Source of the DNA: a virus
Taxonomy: Duplodnaviria > Caudoviricetes
Length of the DNA: 64,000 bases
IMG/VR virus record: IMGVR_UViG_3300021400_001287
Span: 1-64,000 of that record
Direction: 5' to 3' (one strand)
This document shows positions 10,339 to 18,880 of the stretch, one piece after another; the stretch's first letter is position 1, and each line of letters opens with the position of its first letter. The translations under genes and the position numbers were made by a program. Below the pieces are notes generated by a model. That model ran no database searches. It was not told the DNA's origin and worked only from the letters and a program-made list of their open reading frames with translations.

Positions 10339-13300
10339 TTAAGCCTCCTTCGCTGTGATGACTTCATCATGGTGAAGCACCACGACATATTCTTGCACCC
10401 AGAGTTCTTTGGTGCCGGGAATGGGAACGGATTTACCGTCGATGTAGGTGTATCTGGGTCGTTTATCGTATTTGCCGACGACGATGACATCGCCCGCATC
10501 CAGCGGCTGGGATTTGAACGTGTCTTTCTTTATCTTGATGGTGCCGGATTTGCCAGTCGCGGCGGAATAAAGCGACGCTTTCGGGGAATACTTCGTCTCC
10601 ACCGCCATAACGACATATGTTTGCCGACAGTCGGGGAAGACGGAGATGGGGGAGCCGTAGTGGATTGACTCAAAAGAGAGCTGATCGTACGGAGAGATGG
10701 GTTCATCCGGGCAACTGCCTTCGAACTGTGTCAGAGCCGCAATGCGCTTGGTTCGTGTCGAGTCCACATACGTCTTCTTGTACTGCATGCCTTCGCCACA
10801 CCTGAATTGCCGCCACACTTCCATCAGCTTTCCGTTGTGGCCAAACTCTCTGAAGTAGTCCATCTTGATGAGCACTTCGATATTGGTAGCATTGAAAGCC
10901 CGTCTGGTGTCGAGGTCCAGGAGGAGGTCGACGAAGGTGGGATAGAAGTTGTCCTTCATATTAAAGAGCTCTTCTGCCACAGCCATGGACAAATTGCGGA
11001 TGGACGGGAGCGCGTCCGACACGGTGTTCTGGTCGGTGTCGTAAGAGAAGTAGCGGTTGTCCTGTCTGAAATGACACGGTGCGATGGTGATGTTGAAACC
11101 ACGACGCATCTCATCTTTGATGAGAGCAACACGTTCTTTGTCGCCCTTCGCTGTGTAAGCGTCGAGGAGTGTGGTGTAATACTGGAGTGGGAAGTGGGCT
11201 TTGAGATACGCGCCGTAGATGGCATCGAGAGCAACTGCGACAGAATGTGAATTACTCGTCACGATGCCGTCGTTTGCAACAAAATTGTGATTCGGATCAG
11301 CCATCTGGACATCGTATACTATGTCGCGACCATCGTACTCAATCGATGCAATTCGCACAGCATCAATATAGTCATAATGAACACTATAAAGCCAATCGCC
11401 GGAACGTAAGTCATAAAGATGTTTCTCGCCGTTCGGGGTCGGGAATTTATGGTTCGATGTACATCGAATACTATGCCCATCGTCCAAAGTAACGACATAT
11501 ACTGGACGATACCCGGCATGTCTCACGCTGACGATATTGTTCTCGACTAAGTGCATAGATTCGTCCATGGAACGAACGGGGTCCCAGTCGGAACGTCCTT
11601 GCAACTCGTCTAAATAATAATCATCAACGCGCCGTACACCAATCATCGTGTCGGCGGTCACGCACGCATTGAACGAATAGCTTGACGAATTATAAAGAAT
11701 CTGCCACACCATCTCGGCGTTCTCTTTCGCTTTTGCATCCGACTTCTCACCGTGTTCTTTCTGATACGCAATGAAGCCGGGGATAAAGCGTTCGTGTGCA
11801 GCTTCGATGACCTTGACTTTTTTCTTCGAGATGGCTTTGATGATCGGATACGTCTCTTCAAGCGGAAAACCGGCGGCTCCGAGGCACTTCATGACGTCTT
11901 CTTGATACAACAGCCACGACGATCCAGACGAATCGTTGTGCAGCTGATCATCGAAAGCCGGGACGCCGTAAGAAAACTTCTCGCGGGCGAGGAACTTGTT
12001 CACCATGGACTTGAAACCGGGTCGAATAGCGGCGACAAAAGCCGACATATCTTGGAGCGACCGGGGTTTGTATTGCATCAGCTTCTCAATGGTCTTCGCG
12101 CCCTGGCACTGGTTGACACCCATGGTCAAACCCTTCGCGAACACGTCCCACGTCTTGGGGTCATTCTTCGTCCGCTCGATAACTTCTTCGGCAGAAAGAT
12201 AGCGAAGGCCAGCTTTGGCCGAAGCGGCGGCATTGATAGCGACAACCGTCACGACGAGCTCGTCATTTTTAACATATCCGAACGCATCCGCCGTGTATCC
12301 ATCGATCACAGTGCAATATGCGACGTCTTTCTTGGTCTTCGCCGCGACACGGATGATGCCGATCTCGGCTTCAATGTCGCCATCGTAGAGCAAAAATCCA
12401 CACGGAGCTTGGGACTTCGACACGACAATACCACGGTACGGCTCAGACTCGACGACGTACTTCATATATTGCTCATCGACGTAGTCTTCAATGAAGATGG
12501 ACTCTTTTTCATCTTCGTCGTCCGCATTCTGGAGCGCTCTTTCATACTGTTCGATCTGCTTGGAGACAACAGCTTGCACGTCCATCGGCAAATTCTTCGC
12601 TCTGGCGTACATTCTGAACGCGGATTTGGGTTTCTGAGTGCCATAAGCGATCATCGGGGCGACATGACCTTTGCCCATCAACTGTTCTTGTGCGGCGGCA
12701 AATATCTTCTGATCGGATACATTGCTATCTATATCGGGAAGGCTAGTTTTCAGCCGTTCGGGAGTCATGAATCGACCGGGGTACAGCGTGACGGGCAACT
12801 CGAAACGATCCAGTCCCGTCATGCCGAGCAATTTATTCGAGAAAAACGAACCAGCAGAGCCACGACCGGAGTTTGTGTACGTTCCGCCCATTTTCTGACC
12901 GAGCGCAATGATATCCGAGTTAAGCAAGAAGTACACCGCTTGCCCTTCTTCGATAACTGGTCCGCACTCCTGCGCCCACATGTCATTCCAGCGCCGTTCG
13001 GCTTCTTCTTTCGGCAAATTGGTGCTGTACTTCTTGAACGCTTCACGGATCCGTCGCTCATACTCCACCGCGCACTGCTCACGATCCATGCCACGGTATG
13101 TTTTCGGCAACTTTCGCTCCCGGCTGAACACCAAGTCATCAAACGTAAGCGCAACATCCGTATTAGCGATGGCTTCGGCAATCTCGGACGCATTCAGAAC
13201 GCCCTGTGTCTGAAAACGGACAACGACCGTCTTCTCGTCCGGGTAGTCTTCGTACACGTTGTCGTCAAACTCGAAGTCTTCATCCAGTTTCTTTGCCCCG

Positions 13301-13986
13301 GACTCTTCTCTGAGTATCTGTCGCTCCATCCGTTGCTCCGGATAAATGTAATGGCTGTCCAGACCAACGATGAGCGGCACATTGTACTTGTAATGAAGCT
13401 CCAGTACGTGTCGATTGACCTCTCTTTGCCACGTCGTGTTGTGTGCTTGTACTTCGAGATACAACGACTCACCAAAATGAGAAAACATCTCAGCAAAGAG
13501 CGCGTCCATGGTGTCTTCGCCATCGTAATGCCACTTGACATCGCCACTCTCACGATTCGGTTTGCCCCAGAAAGCGACACAAGCTGTAGTGATGAAGACA
13601 TCTGACGGATGTAGAGTCCGCAGAAGCTCCATGTCCACGCGGGGCTTGCCGTAAAACCCGGTTTTGTTCGCTTCGGCCAGCATCTTGTTGATCTGGCGGC
13701 GTCCAGCTTCGTTTCGAGCCAATATCAAGATGTGGGCGTTGGTGTCATCCGTCTCGTGTCGATCCTTCACCCAGTACGCTTCGACACCAAACACGAATTT
13801 CAATCCATATTGCTCACACATCTCCCAACAGCGGAGATAATTGCCCTGATAACCATGCTCAACAGACGTGACAACTCTCTGACCCAGCTCGACAGCGCGT
13901 TTGCAGTAGTCTTCATACGAGACGTGGCTGTCCTTGAACGACGCAAACACATTAGAATAGTACTTATGGCTGTGCAGGTTCTGCAT
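10339..13986 (-). CDS. dnaE: DNA polymerase III alpha subunit with intein
   Basis: PHP domain (HSH, EHG, DSHY), GRGSAG, PDID, AAIRPG, YSFNA..SHS. Confidence 0.95.
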   Translation of the reverse strand: MQNLHSHKYYSNVFASFKDSHVSYEDYCKRAVELGQRVVTSVEHGYQGNYLRCWEMCEQYGLKFVFGVEAYWVKDRHETDDTNAHILILARNEAGRRQINKMLAEANKTGFYGKPRVDMELLRTLHPSDVFITTACVAFWGKPNRESGDVKWHYDGEDTMDALFAEMFSHFGESLYLEVQAHNTTWQREVNRHVLELHYKYNVPLIVGLDSHYIYPEQRMERQILREESGAKKLDEDFEFDDNVYEDYPDEKTVVVRFQTQGVLNASEIAEAIANTDVALTFDDLVFSRERKLPKTYRGMDREQCAVEYERRIREAFKKYSTNLPKEEAERRWNDMWAQECGPVIEEGQAVYFLLNSDIIALGQKMGGTYTNSGRGSAGSFFSNKLLGMTGLDRFELPVTLYPGRFMTPERLKTSLPDIDSNVSDQKIFAAAQEQLMGKGHVAPMIAYGTQKPKSAFRMYARAKNLPMDVQAVVSKQIEQYERALQNADDEDEKESIFIEDYVDEQYMKYVVESEPYRGIVVSKSQAPCGFLLYDGDIEAEIGIIRVAAKTKKDVAYCTVIDGYTADAFGYVKNDELVVTVVAINAAASAKAGLRYLSAEEVIERTKNDPKTWDVFAKGLTMGVNQCQGAKTIEKLMQYKPRSLQDMSAFVAAIRPGFKSMVNKFLAREKFSYGVPAFDDQLHNDSSGSSWLLYQEDVMKCLGAAGFPLEETYPIIKAISKKKVKVIEAAHERFIPGFIAYQKEHGEKSDAKAKENAEMVWQILYNSSSYSFNACVTADTMIGVRRVDDYYLDELQGRSDWDPVRSMDESMHLVENNIVSVRHAGYRPVYVVTLDDGHSIRCTSNHKFPTPNGEKHLYDLRSGDWLYSVHYDYIDAVRIASIEYDGRDIVYDVQMADPNHNFVANDGIVTSNSHSVAVALDAIYGAYLKAHFPLQYYTTLLDAYTAKGDKERVALIKDEMRRGFNITIAPCHFRQDNRYFSYDTDQNTVSDALPSIRNLSMAVAEELFNMKDNFYPTFVDLLLDLDTRRAFNATNIEVLIKMDYFREFGHNGKLMEVWRQFRCGEGMQYKKTYVDSTRTKRIAALTQFEGSCPDEPISPYDQLSFESIHYGSPISVFPDCRQTYVVMAVETKYSPKASLYSAATGKSGTIKIKKDTFKSQPLDAGDVIVVGKYDKRPRYTYIDGKSVPIPGTKELWVQEYVVVLHHDEVITAKEA
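11251..11664 (-). mobile_element. mini-intein (138 aa) in DnaE
   Basis: CVTADT start, TSNHKF block B, VYDV..HNF block F, TSN|S end; excision restores YSFNASHS. Confidence 0.9.
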
Positions 13987-13996
13987 TATAACTCCT

Positions 13997-14737
13997 TTAT
14001 CGAATCCAAATGGGGCAATGAGCGCATTGTGAGCGCACATCGCAGAGGAAACGGCAATGAAAGTCGTCTTGATGGTAATTGTAGTCCATGTCCATACAGA
14101 TAGCGTCCACCGTCGACACCGCCCAGACTTCGGTTGCCTTCATCTGCTCCATGGTGAACTCTTCTTTGATCAATTCACCCGTTTTGAGCATGTTGAAAGC
14201 CAATGTTTTGGGGTATTCGCCGTATTGGTCTTTGACATGAGCCGCGTAGATGTACAACTGGTTACGGAAGCGGTCGATGTCTTTCTTCATCGACGCTGTG
14301 GACTTGGTTTTATGGTCGACGACCATCAATGACCCGTCTTCCTGGCTTCTCAATACCAAGTCAGCAATGCCATCGAACTCATACGGTCCAATGGGTACCG
14401 TGAAACGGCGTTCGGACGAGACAATGTCATAGCCGGGGAAGCCGTTGAACGACGCGAAGTAATTCGAGCACATAACACGGGCTTTTTCACGATAGTTCTT
14501 CATGAACGGGGGAAACTCATGCTCAATGGCCGTGTCGTAACCGGCTTCCCACTCCATTTGCAACTGTTCGGGCTTCAATTCGCCCTTTGCCCATTTATCG
14601 AGCAATGAGTGAGCGAAGGTACCGTAATCCGAGAACGCGTTGCCAGATCCATGGCGATGGTCTTCGGCCAGATAGGTGAGATAGTAAGCGTAGGGACAAG
14701 CGAGGTATGTCTCCTACTTGGAGAACGACCAGGACAT
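13997..14737 (-). CDS. PD-(D/E)XK exonuclease, AddB/Cas4-like (in-frame TAG at codon 8, 14714-14716)
   Basis: AGGAGG RBS; MSWSFSK*ETYLACPY..YGTFAH..GIADL..DHKT..QLYIY..C..C..C. Confidence 0.9.
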
Positions 14738-14749
14738 ACACATTCCTCC

Positions 14750-14830
14750 TTAATACGAGTCGAGGTTGAGATAAATGAGATATACGAGCAATCCAATGAT
14801 GCAACACAAGAGAAAATTGGTCGTGATCAT
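14750..14830 (-). CDS. 26-aa hydrophobic peptide
   Basis: MITTNFLLCCIIGLLVYLIYLNLDSY, GGAGG upstream, fills the operon gap. Confidence 0.5.
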   Translation of the reverse strand: MITTNFLLCCIIGLLVYLIYLNLDSY

Positions 14831-15186
14831 TTCTTGTTCCTCCATGCGCAGTACGATACATACGCTTTGTTCGTGTTGCTCTCATCCAATCGTGCCAGCA
14901 GATGCATTGACAACTCAAGTTGTTTCATAACGTCTTTATCGATGACGTATTGACGAACTTCCCACCGGACGACGTTCGTCTCGATGAGAAATGAGAGCAC
15001 GGTGCGCTTGACCGGGTTCGATCCAGCGACTACATAACCGATGCGCTTGGCGTATTTACCCGGACGACCTTTCTTGTCTGATCGGAATTCGAGCAACAGC
15101 CGACGCAACGCGGCGGTGAATTGGGTCTGGTCTACTGGAACGTTGCGCTTATCTTTTGCCAGATCGTGTCGAAATTGAGCATCCAT
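14827..15186 (-). CDS. hypothetical protein
   Basis: GAGGAGG RBS before MDAQFRH. Confidence 0.65.
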   Translation of the reverse strand: MDAQFRHDLAKDKRNVPVDQTQFTAALRRLLLEFRSDKKGRPGKYAKRIGYVVAGSNPVKRTVLSFLIETNVVRWEVRQYVIDKDVMKQLELSMHLLARLDESNTNKAYVSYCAWRNKK

Positions 15187-15196
15187 GGTACCCTCC

Positions 15197-15394
15197 TCAC
15201 TTTGTTGCGGCAATAAAAAGCAATCCGACGATGAGAGCCAGGAACCCAAATCCGATCATGATCCACACCGGAATCAAAATAAGCCACCAGCTCCAGTTGA
15301 TGACACCGATCAACTTTAGGATAATGAAGACGATCTGGACGACGCCGAGTGTACCGACGCCACCGGTTGTCGTCTGTTGTTGCTGTTTGCTCAT
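15197..15394 (-). CDS. small membrane protein
   Basis: AGGAGG RBS; IVFIILKLIGVINWSWWLILIPVW. Confidence 0.8.
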   Translation of the reverse strand: MSKQQQQTTTGGVGTLGVVQIVFIILKLIGVINWSWWLILIPVWIMIGFGFLALIVGLLFIAATK

Positions 15395-15409
15395 ATGAAA
15401 ATTCCTCCT

Positions 15410-16483
15410 TTATGCGGCTTTATCTTGAAGCCATGCTTCCCATTTTGCAATGATGGCGTCTTGCTCCGCCGTCGTGTCGTAATTGTATCGCTGTTTGCGC
15501 TGGACAACTTTGCCATCCACCACTTCAAGCGTCACCAGCGAGTGTTCGGGAGACTCTTTACGGCGCATGAAGACGATATCGCAGCGGCCTTCGATGACCC
15601 GGTCGATATACGACGCGACGCAATTGTTTTGCTGGACAGCTTCGTCTTTGATGTCTTGCGGTGTCTTGGGGTAGATGAACGTGTAGCCGTCGATATTGCG
15701 CTCCATCTGGGGCTTGACGCGACGGGCAAACAATTCATCGTTGAATTCGCGTCTCATTCGGTCGTAATTGCGCTGGACAATATCGTGTGTCGTCTTCAGA
15801 TAGCGGGGAAATTTGTCGTACTTCGGAGAAATAGCAGAACTCATCCGAATCGTGTCGCGCAACGTGATCAATATTTCCACCGGACGCATTGCTTCAAAAG
15901 TTGCAATGCGGTCGACGTAGAGGAAAAGCGACTTTGGTTGGTATTTATACGTCGATACGAAGTCATGTAAAAGATAACCAGAATTCTCTGCGATGCTTCT
16001 TAAAACCTCTGGAGTCAATGTAGTATACTCGGTTTTGAACAGGACATTGTACATGTCCGGGTTGCCCTTATACCTTTTTACGAGCTCGTCAGACAGCGTC
16101 AAATCATGCTCACGACAGAGTTTGAGAAGTCCGGTTGGGACGTCGTTAAACGGCGTCTTGAAATACCCCATACTCGATATGCGCTTGACACCAGCCGTAA
16201 AGAATGGCTCCAGATAGATAAAGTAACGAGCTTTGTCGAGCAATGTGCCGATATTCGAGTAAGATTCGCCATAATAGCTTTGTACGGCACGCAAAAAGTA
16301 GCCATAGCCAGGTTGGTCACACGACTGGATGATCTCACCGACGGAATGGTTGCGCAATTGGGAAGAAATATTCTTCACCGGTTTGCCACTGAACCCGTAG
16401 GCTTGCTTGGTTGCGAAGTCGTACTTGCATTGCTTGCCGTCCACATCAAATACCAGAAAAGAATGGTCCTTGAATACCCGCAT
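15410..16483 (-). CDS. PcfJ-domain protein
   Basis: C-terminal EAVQQNNCVASY..IVFMR..TLEV..QRKQRYN. Confidence 0.75.
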   Translation of the reverse strand: MRVFKDHSFLVFDVDGKQCKYDFATKQAYGFSGKPVKNISSQLRNHSVGEIIQSCDQPGYGYFLRAVQSYYGESYSNIGTLLDKARYFIYLEPFFTAGVKRISSMGYFKTPFNDVPTGLLKLCREHDLTLSDELVKRYKGNPDMYNVLFKTEYTTLTPEVLRSIAENSGYLLHDFVSTYKYQPKSLFLYVDRIATFEAMRPVEILITLRDTIRMSSAISPKYDKFPRYLKTTHDIVQRNYDRMRREFNDELFARRVKPQMERNIDGYTFIYPKTPQDIKDEAVQQNNCVASYIDRVIEGRCDIVFMRRKESPEHSLVTLEVVDGKVVQRKQRYNYDTTAEQDAIIAKWEAWLQDKAA

Positions 16484-16622
16484 ATTGCCCTCCTAAATAA
16501 ATGGATACCTGCGGTCACTCCAGATCTACTCTTCACGTGCCAATTCTATAGCCCACGCCTTTATCGCGCAGCATCAACGACGACTCACCGGAGTGTAGAG
16601 TCCAATTTTTTACCGCAGGTAA

Positions 16623-16698
16623 TGGTACCGCCGGCGGGAGTCGAACCCGTAACCGCTGGGTTTGGGCCAGCTCCATATGCCAATTCTGGTACGGCGGC
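16623..16698 (-). tRNA. tRNA-Leu(CAA), short variable loop, C33
   Basis: cloverleaf GCCGCCG..AGAATTGGCATAT..GCTGG-CCCAAAC-CCAGC..TTCGACT..A-CCA. Confidence 0.8.
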
Positions 16699-16701
16699 GA
16701 A

Positions 16702-16778
16702 TGGTGGACGCACTTGGCTTCGAACCAAGACCTTCACGGTTATGAGCCGTGCGCTCTGACCAGTTGAACTATGCGTCC
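16702..16778 (-). tRNA. tRNA(CAT), Ile2-like
   Basis: GGACGCA..CACGG-CTCATAA-CCGTG..A-CCA, resembles Firmicute tRNA-Ile2. Confidence 0.85.
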
Positions 16779-16792
16779 AGAAGTGATAGAAT
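16764..16792 (+). promoter_or_regulatory. sigmaA promoter for antisense small ORF
   Basis: TTGAAC-17 bp-TAGAAT with TGn extension; predicted start ~16799. Confidence 0.55.
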
Positions 16793-16850
16793 AAAATAGA
16801 CCGGCAAGTGAATTGCTTCATCTCAATAAAAGGGAGGTGAAACAGGTAGG

Positions 16851-17006
16851 GTGTAGTCCAACATCGGGCTTTTGTTTGTGATCAAAGTGCTTTGGAAGCT
16901 GTATGTCCGGCTCTCAACACTTGACGAAAAGCCAACGGCTGGGCAATATATCATCCATGACATCGTAGACTAGATGATAGATGGGCTCTTTCTGATCCTG
17001 GAATAA
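16851..17006 (+). CDS. candidate 51-aa hydrophobic peptide with 2 in-frame TAGs (type I toxin-like)
   Basis: GGAGGTG RBS, GTG start (11-nt spacing); M*SNIGLLFVIKVLWKLYVRL..HDIVD*MIDGLFLILE. Confidence 0.5.
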
Positions 17007-17035
17007 AGAGTTGGGGTGCGAAACTTGCCGGTCAT

Positions 17036-17113
17036 TGGTCTTCACGGAGAGATTCGAACTCTCACTGACAGCAGCTTAAATGCCGTGCCTACTGCCAATT
17101 GGGCTACGTGAAG
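17036..17113 (-). tRNA. tRNA-Leu(TAA), short variable loop
   Basis: CTTCACG..AATTGGCAG..CGGCA-TTTAAGC-TGCTG..TTCGAAT..A-CCA. Confidence 0.8.
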
Positions 17114-17177
17114 ATGGAGTGGCCAGCCGGAGAGGAGATGGTCCCGGCCAGCCGATAAAATACCCCAAGCCAAGGGG

Positions 17178-17252
17178 TGGCAGAGCGTGCTGGAATCGAA
17201 CCAGCGAATGAGGGAGTCAAAGTCCCTTGCCTTACCGCTTGGCTAACGCTCT
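17178..17252 (-). tRNA. tRNA-Gln(TTG)
   Basis: GCCAAGCGGTAAGGC D-arm, CT-TTG-AC loop, G73-CCA. Confidence 0.92.
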
Positions 17253-17596
17253 ATATGTATCGGCAATTTTTTGAATTATTGCCGATAAGTATGCATCAAT
17301 ACACAAATGCAGTTAAGAAACAGTTCCAGGTTAAGAACACTATCCAGATGACGTCGAGTGGTCGGCTCCGTTCGCGCATTGCTTTACCAATTTCCCAGAC
17401 GATGAGCAACGCGAGAAAGCAGATGAGCCAGAATTTCAGTGTCGTCATTTAATAACCTCGAAGATGCAATTCCACAGATGCGCCACCGTCCAACCGAGAA
17501 AGGAGAAAGCCCACATAACCCAGAACCCAGGATGTTCTTTCTTCGCCCAATAGTAACTATTTGCGATCCAAAAAACCAGCATGACAACCCAGAAAA

Positions 17597-18091
17597 TCAA
17601 GAGATACATTCATTCACCCCCTCGTACCCCGCCATTCCGTCGAACCACTCATTCATCTCGTCCATCAATTCGGGATAATGGTCTTCGACGTACTTGAGAT
17701 AGAGATTCAGGTTTTCGACACGGGCTTTGAGATGCTCGTACTCGCTCACGTCAATATCTGAAAACGTAAGCTCGGACATGTTCGTCAGTTCATCGGCGAG
17801 TCGGTTGAAGAAGTTGGTCGACACGTCATCGTAAGTCTCGAATCCGGTGAGCAACATCTTCTTGGTGAGTTCGGACATTGCCGCGATGAACTTATGCTTG
17901 TCTTTTCTCGACACACGGCAACGGATGAAGACGAACGGCGTGCCATCCATTACCCATTCTTCATAGAAGCGGGGCGTGATGCCATGCTCGACGAAGATCT
18001 GGTCACCTTTGTATTCCGGGACATCGAAATACAGGAACTGTGTCGAAAATGGTGATCGGGAATAGAGCTCCATGTAGTTTGCCATAGTCAA
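17597..18091 (-). CDS. hypothetical protein
   Basis: RBS-led ORF inside the tRNA region. Confidence 0.7.
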   Translation of the reverse strand: MTMANYMELYSRSPFSTQFLYFDVPEYKGDQIFVEHGITPRFYEEWVMDGTPFVFIRCRVSRKDKHKFIAAMSELTKKMLLTGFETYDDVSTNFFNRLADELTNMSELTFSDIDVSEYEHLKARVENLNLYLKYVEDHYPELMDEMNEWFDGMAGYEGVNECIS

Positions 18092-18113
18092 TTCCTTCCT
18101 ATTATAATAGAGT

Positions 18114-18189
18114 TGGTGTCACCCCGTGGTAACGATCCACGCTCTGCGAATTTATAGTCCGCCGCTTTCACCGTGTAAGCTAGGGTGGC
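18114..18189 (-). tRNA. atypical tRNA, anticodon ATA (Tyr-like or degenerate)
   Basis: cloverleaf with CCA; GCGGA-CTATAAA-TTCGC; non-canonical T loop ATCGTTA; one acceptor mismatch. Confidence 0.6.
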
Positions 18190-18193
18190 AGAG

Positions 18194-18260
18194 TCGGGGT
18201 GGTGAGAGTCGAACTCACGACGCCGTGGATTCACGTACGTTGCCGCCGCGCTACACCCCG
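18194..18260 (-). tRNA. degenerate tRNA-Pro-like element lacking a normal anticodon loop
   Basis: CGGGGTG/CACCCCG acceptor and TTCGACT T arm intact; anticodon arm CGTG-AATC-CACG. Confidence 0.5.
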
Positions 18261-18378
18261 CCGGTGCGGTTTGCCAACGATATCTGTTGCGCACCAGATA
18301 TCAAGGCCATTCAGCAAAGTCTATCGGAGCGACACCGCCAGCCCCGCTTGTATCTGTAAATGACTTTGCTTACTTCGT

Positions 18379-18452
18379 GGAGTCCAGTTGGAGTCGAACC
18401 AACAAATTAGCGCTGTTTGATGCGCCCGCACTGCCCATTGTGCTATGGACTC
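18379..18452 (-). tRNA. degenerate tRNA with 8-nt anticodon loop
   Basis: GAGTCCA/TGGACTC acceptor, GCAC/GTGC D stem, loop ATCAAACA, TTCGACT; no encoded CCA. Confidence 0.5.
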
Positions 18453-18461
18453 AAGTTTCAA

Positions 18462-18491
18462 TTGACTAACAGTGCTTACCCATGCTATGAT
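18462..18491 (+). promoter_or_regulatory. sigmaA promoter for antisense membrane ORF
   Basis: TTGACT-18 bp-TATGAT with TGn extension. Confidence 0.6.
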
Positions 18492-18564
18492 GCCAACAGG
18501 TCAACCCTTAGTCGTGTAACCAGCCATTCTTTCCCCTCCTAACAAAGGAAAGGATCAAGGAAAC

Positions 18565-18837
18565 ATGAATAAGTATTTGGCTGACGAAAGATTGGCGTCG
18601 TAGATTGGCGTCGTGCTGGGCTTTATGGGCTTCTTCTTCTGGTGGGCTGGTGCCGCAGGAACATTGATGGCATGGCTCACTTGGAAGAAGAATCCATCTG
18701 TCTACAATGGCTTCGTGCTTGCGTAGAATTTGAATGGGTCGTACCGCCCAGCCGCCGCGCTCGTTGCGCTCGTCGTTGTATACGTTGAGTTCCTGGGCAC
18801 ATGCTCGACACATGAGCAAACACTGCGTGTCAATTGA
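18565..18837 (+). CDS. 90-aa membrane protein with 2 in-frame TAGs (18601, 18724)
   Basis: own promoter and AAGGA RBS; RLAS*IGVVLGFMGFFFWWAGAAGTLMAWLTW..FVLA*NLNG..ALVALVVVYVEF. Confidence 0.6.
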
Positions 18838-18848
18838 GTAGGGGAAAT

Positions 18849-18880
18849 CGGGGAGCTTCGAGCTTCCCCGTTTCTTTCTT
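18849..18880. terminator. hairpin between convergent genes
   Basis: CGGGGAGCT-TCG-AGCTTCCCCG followed by TTTCTTT. Confidence 0.6.
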
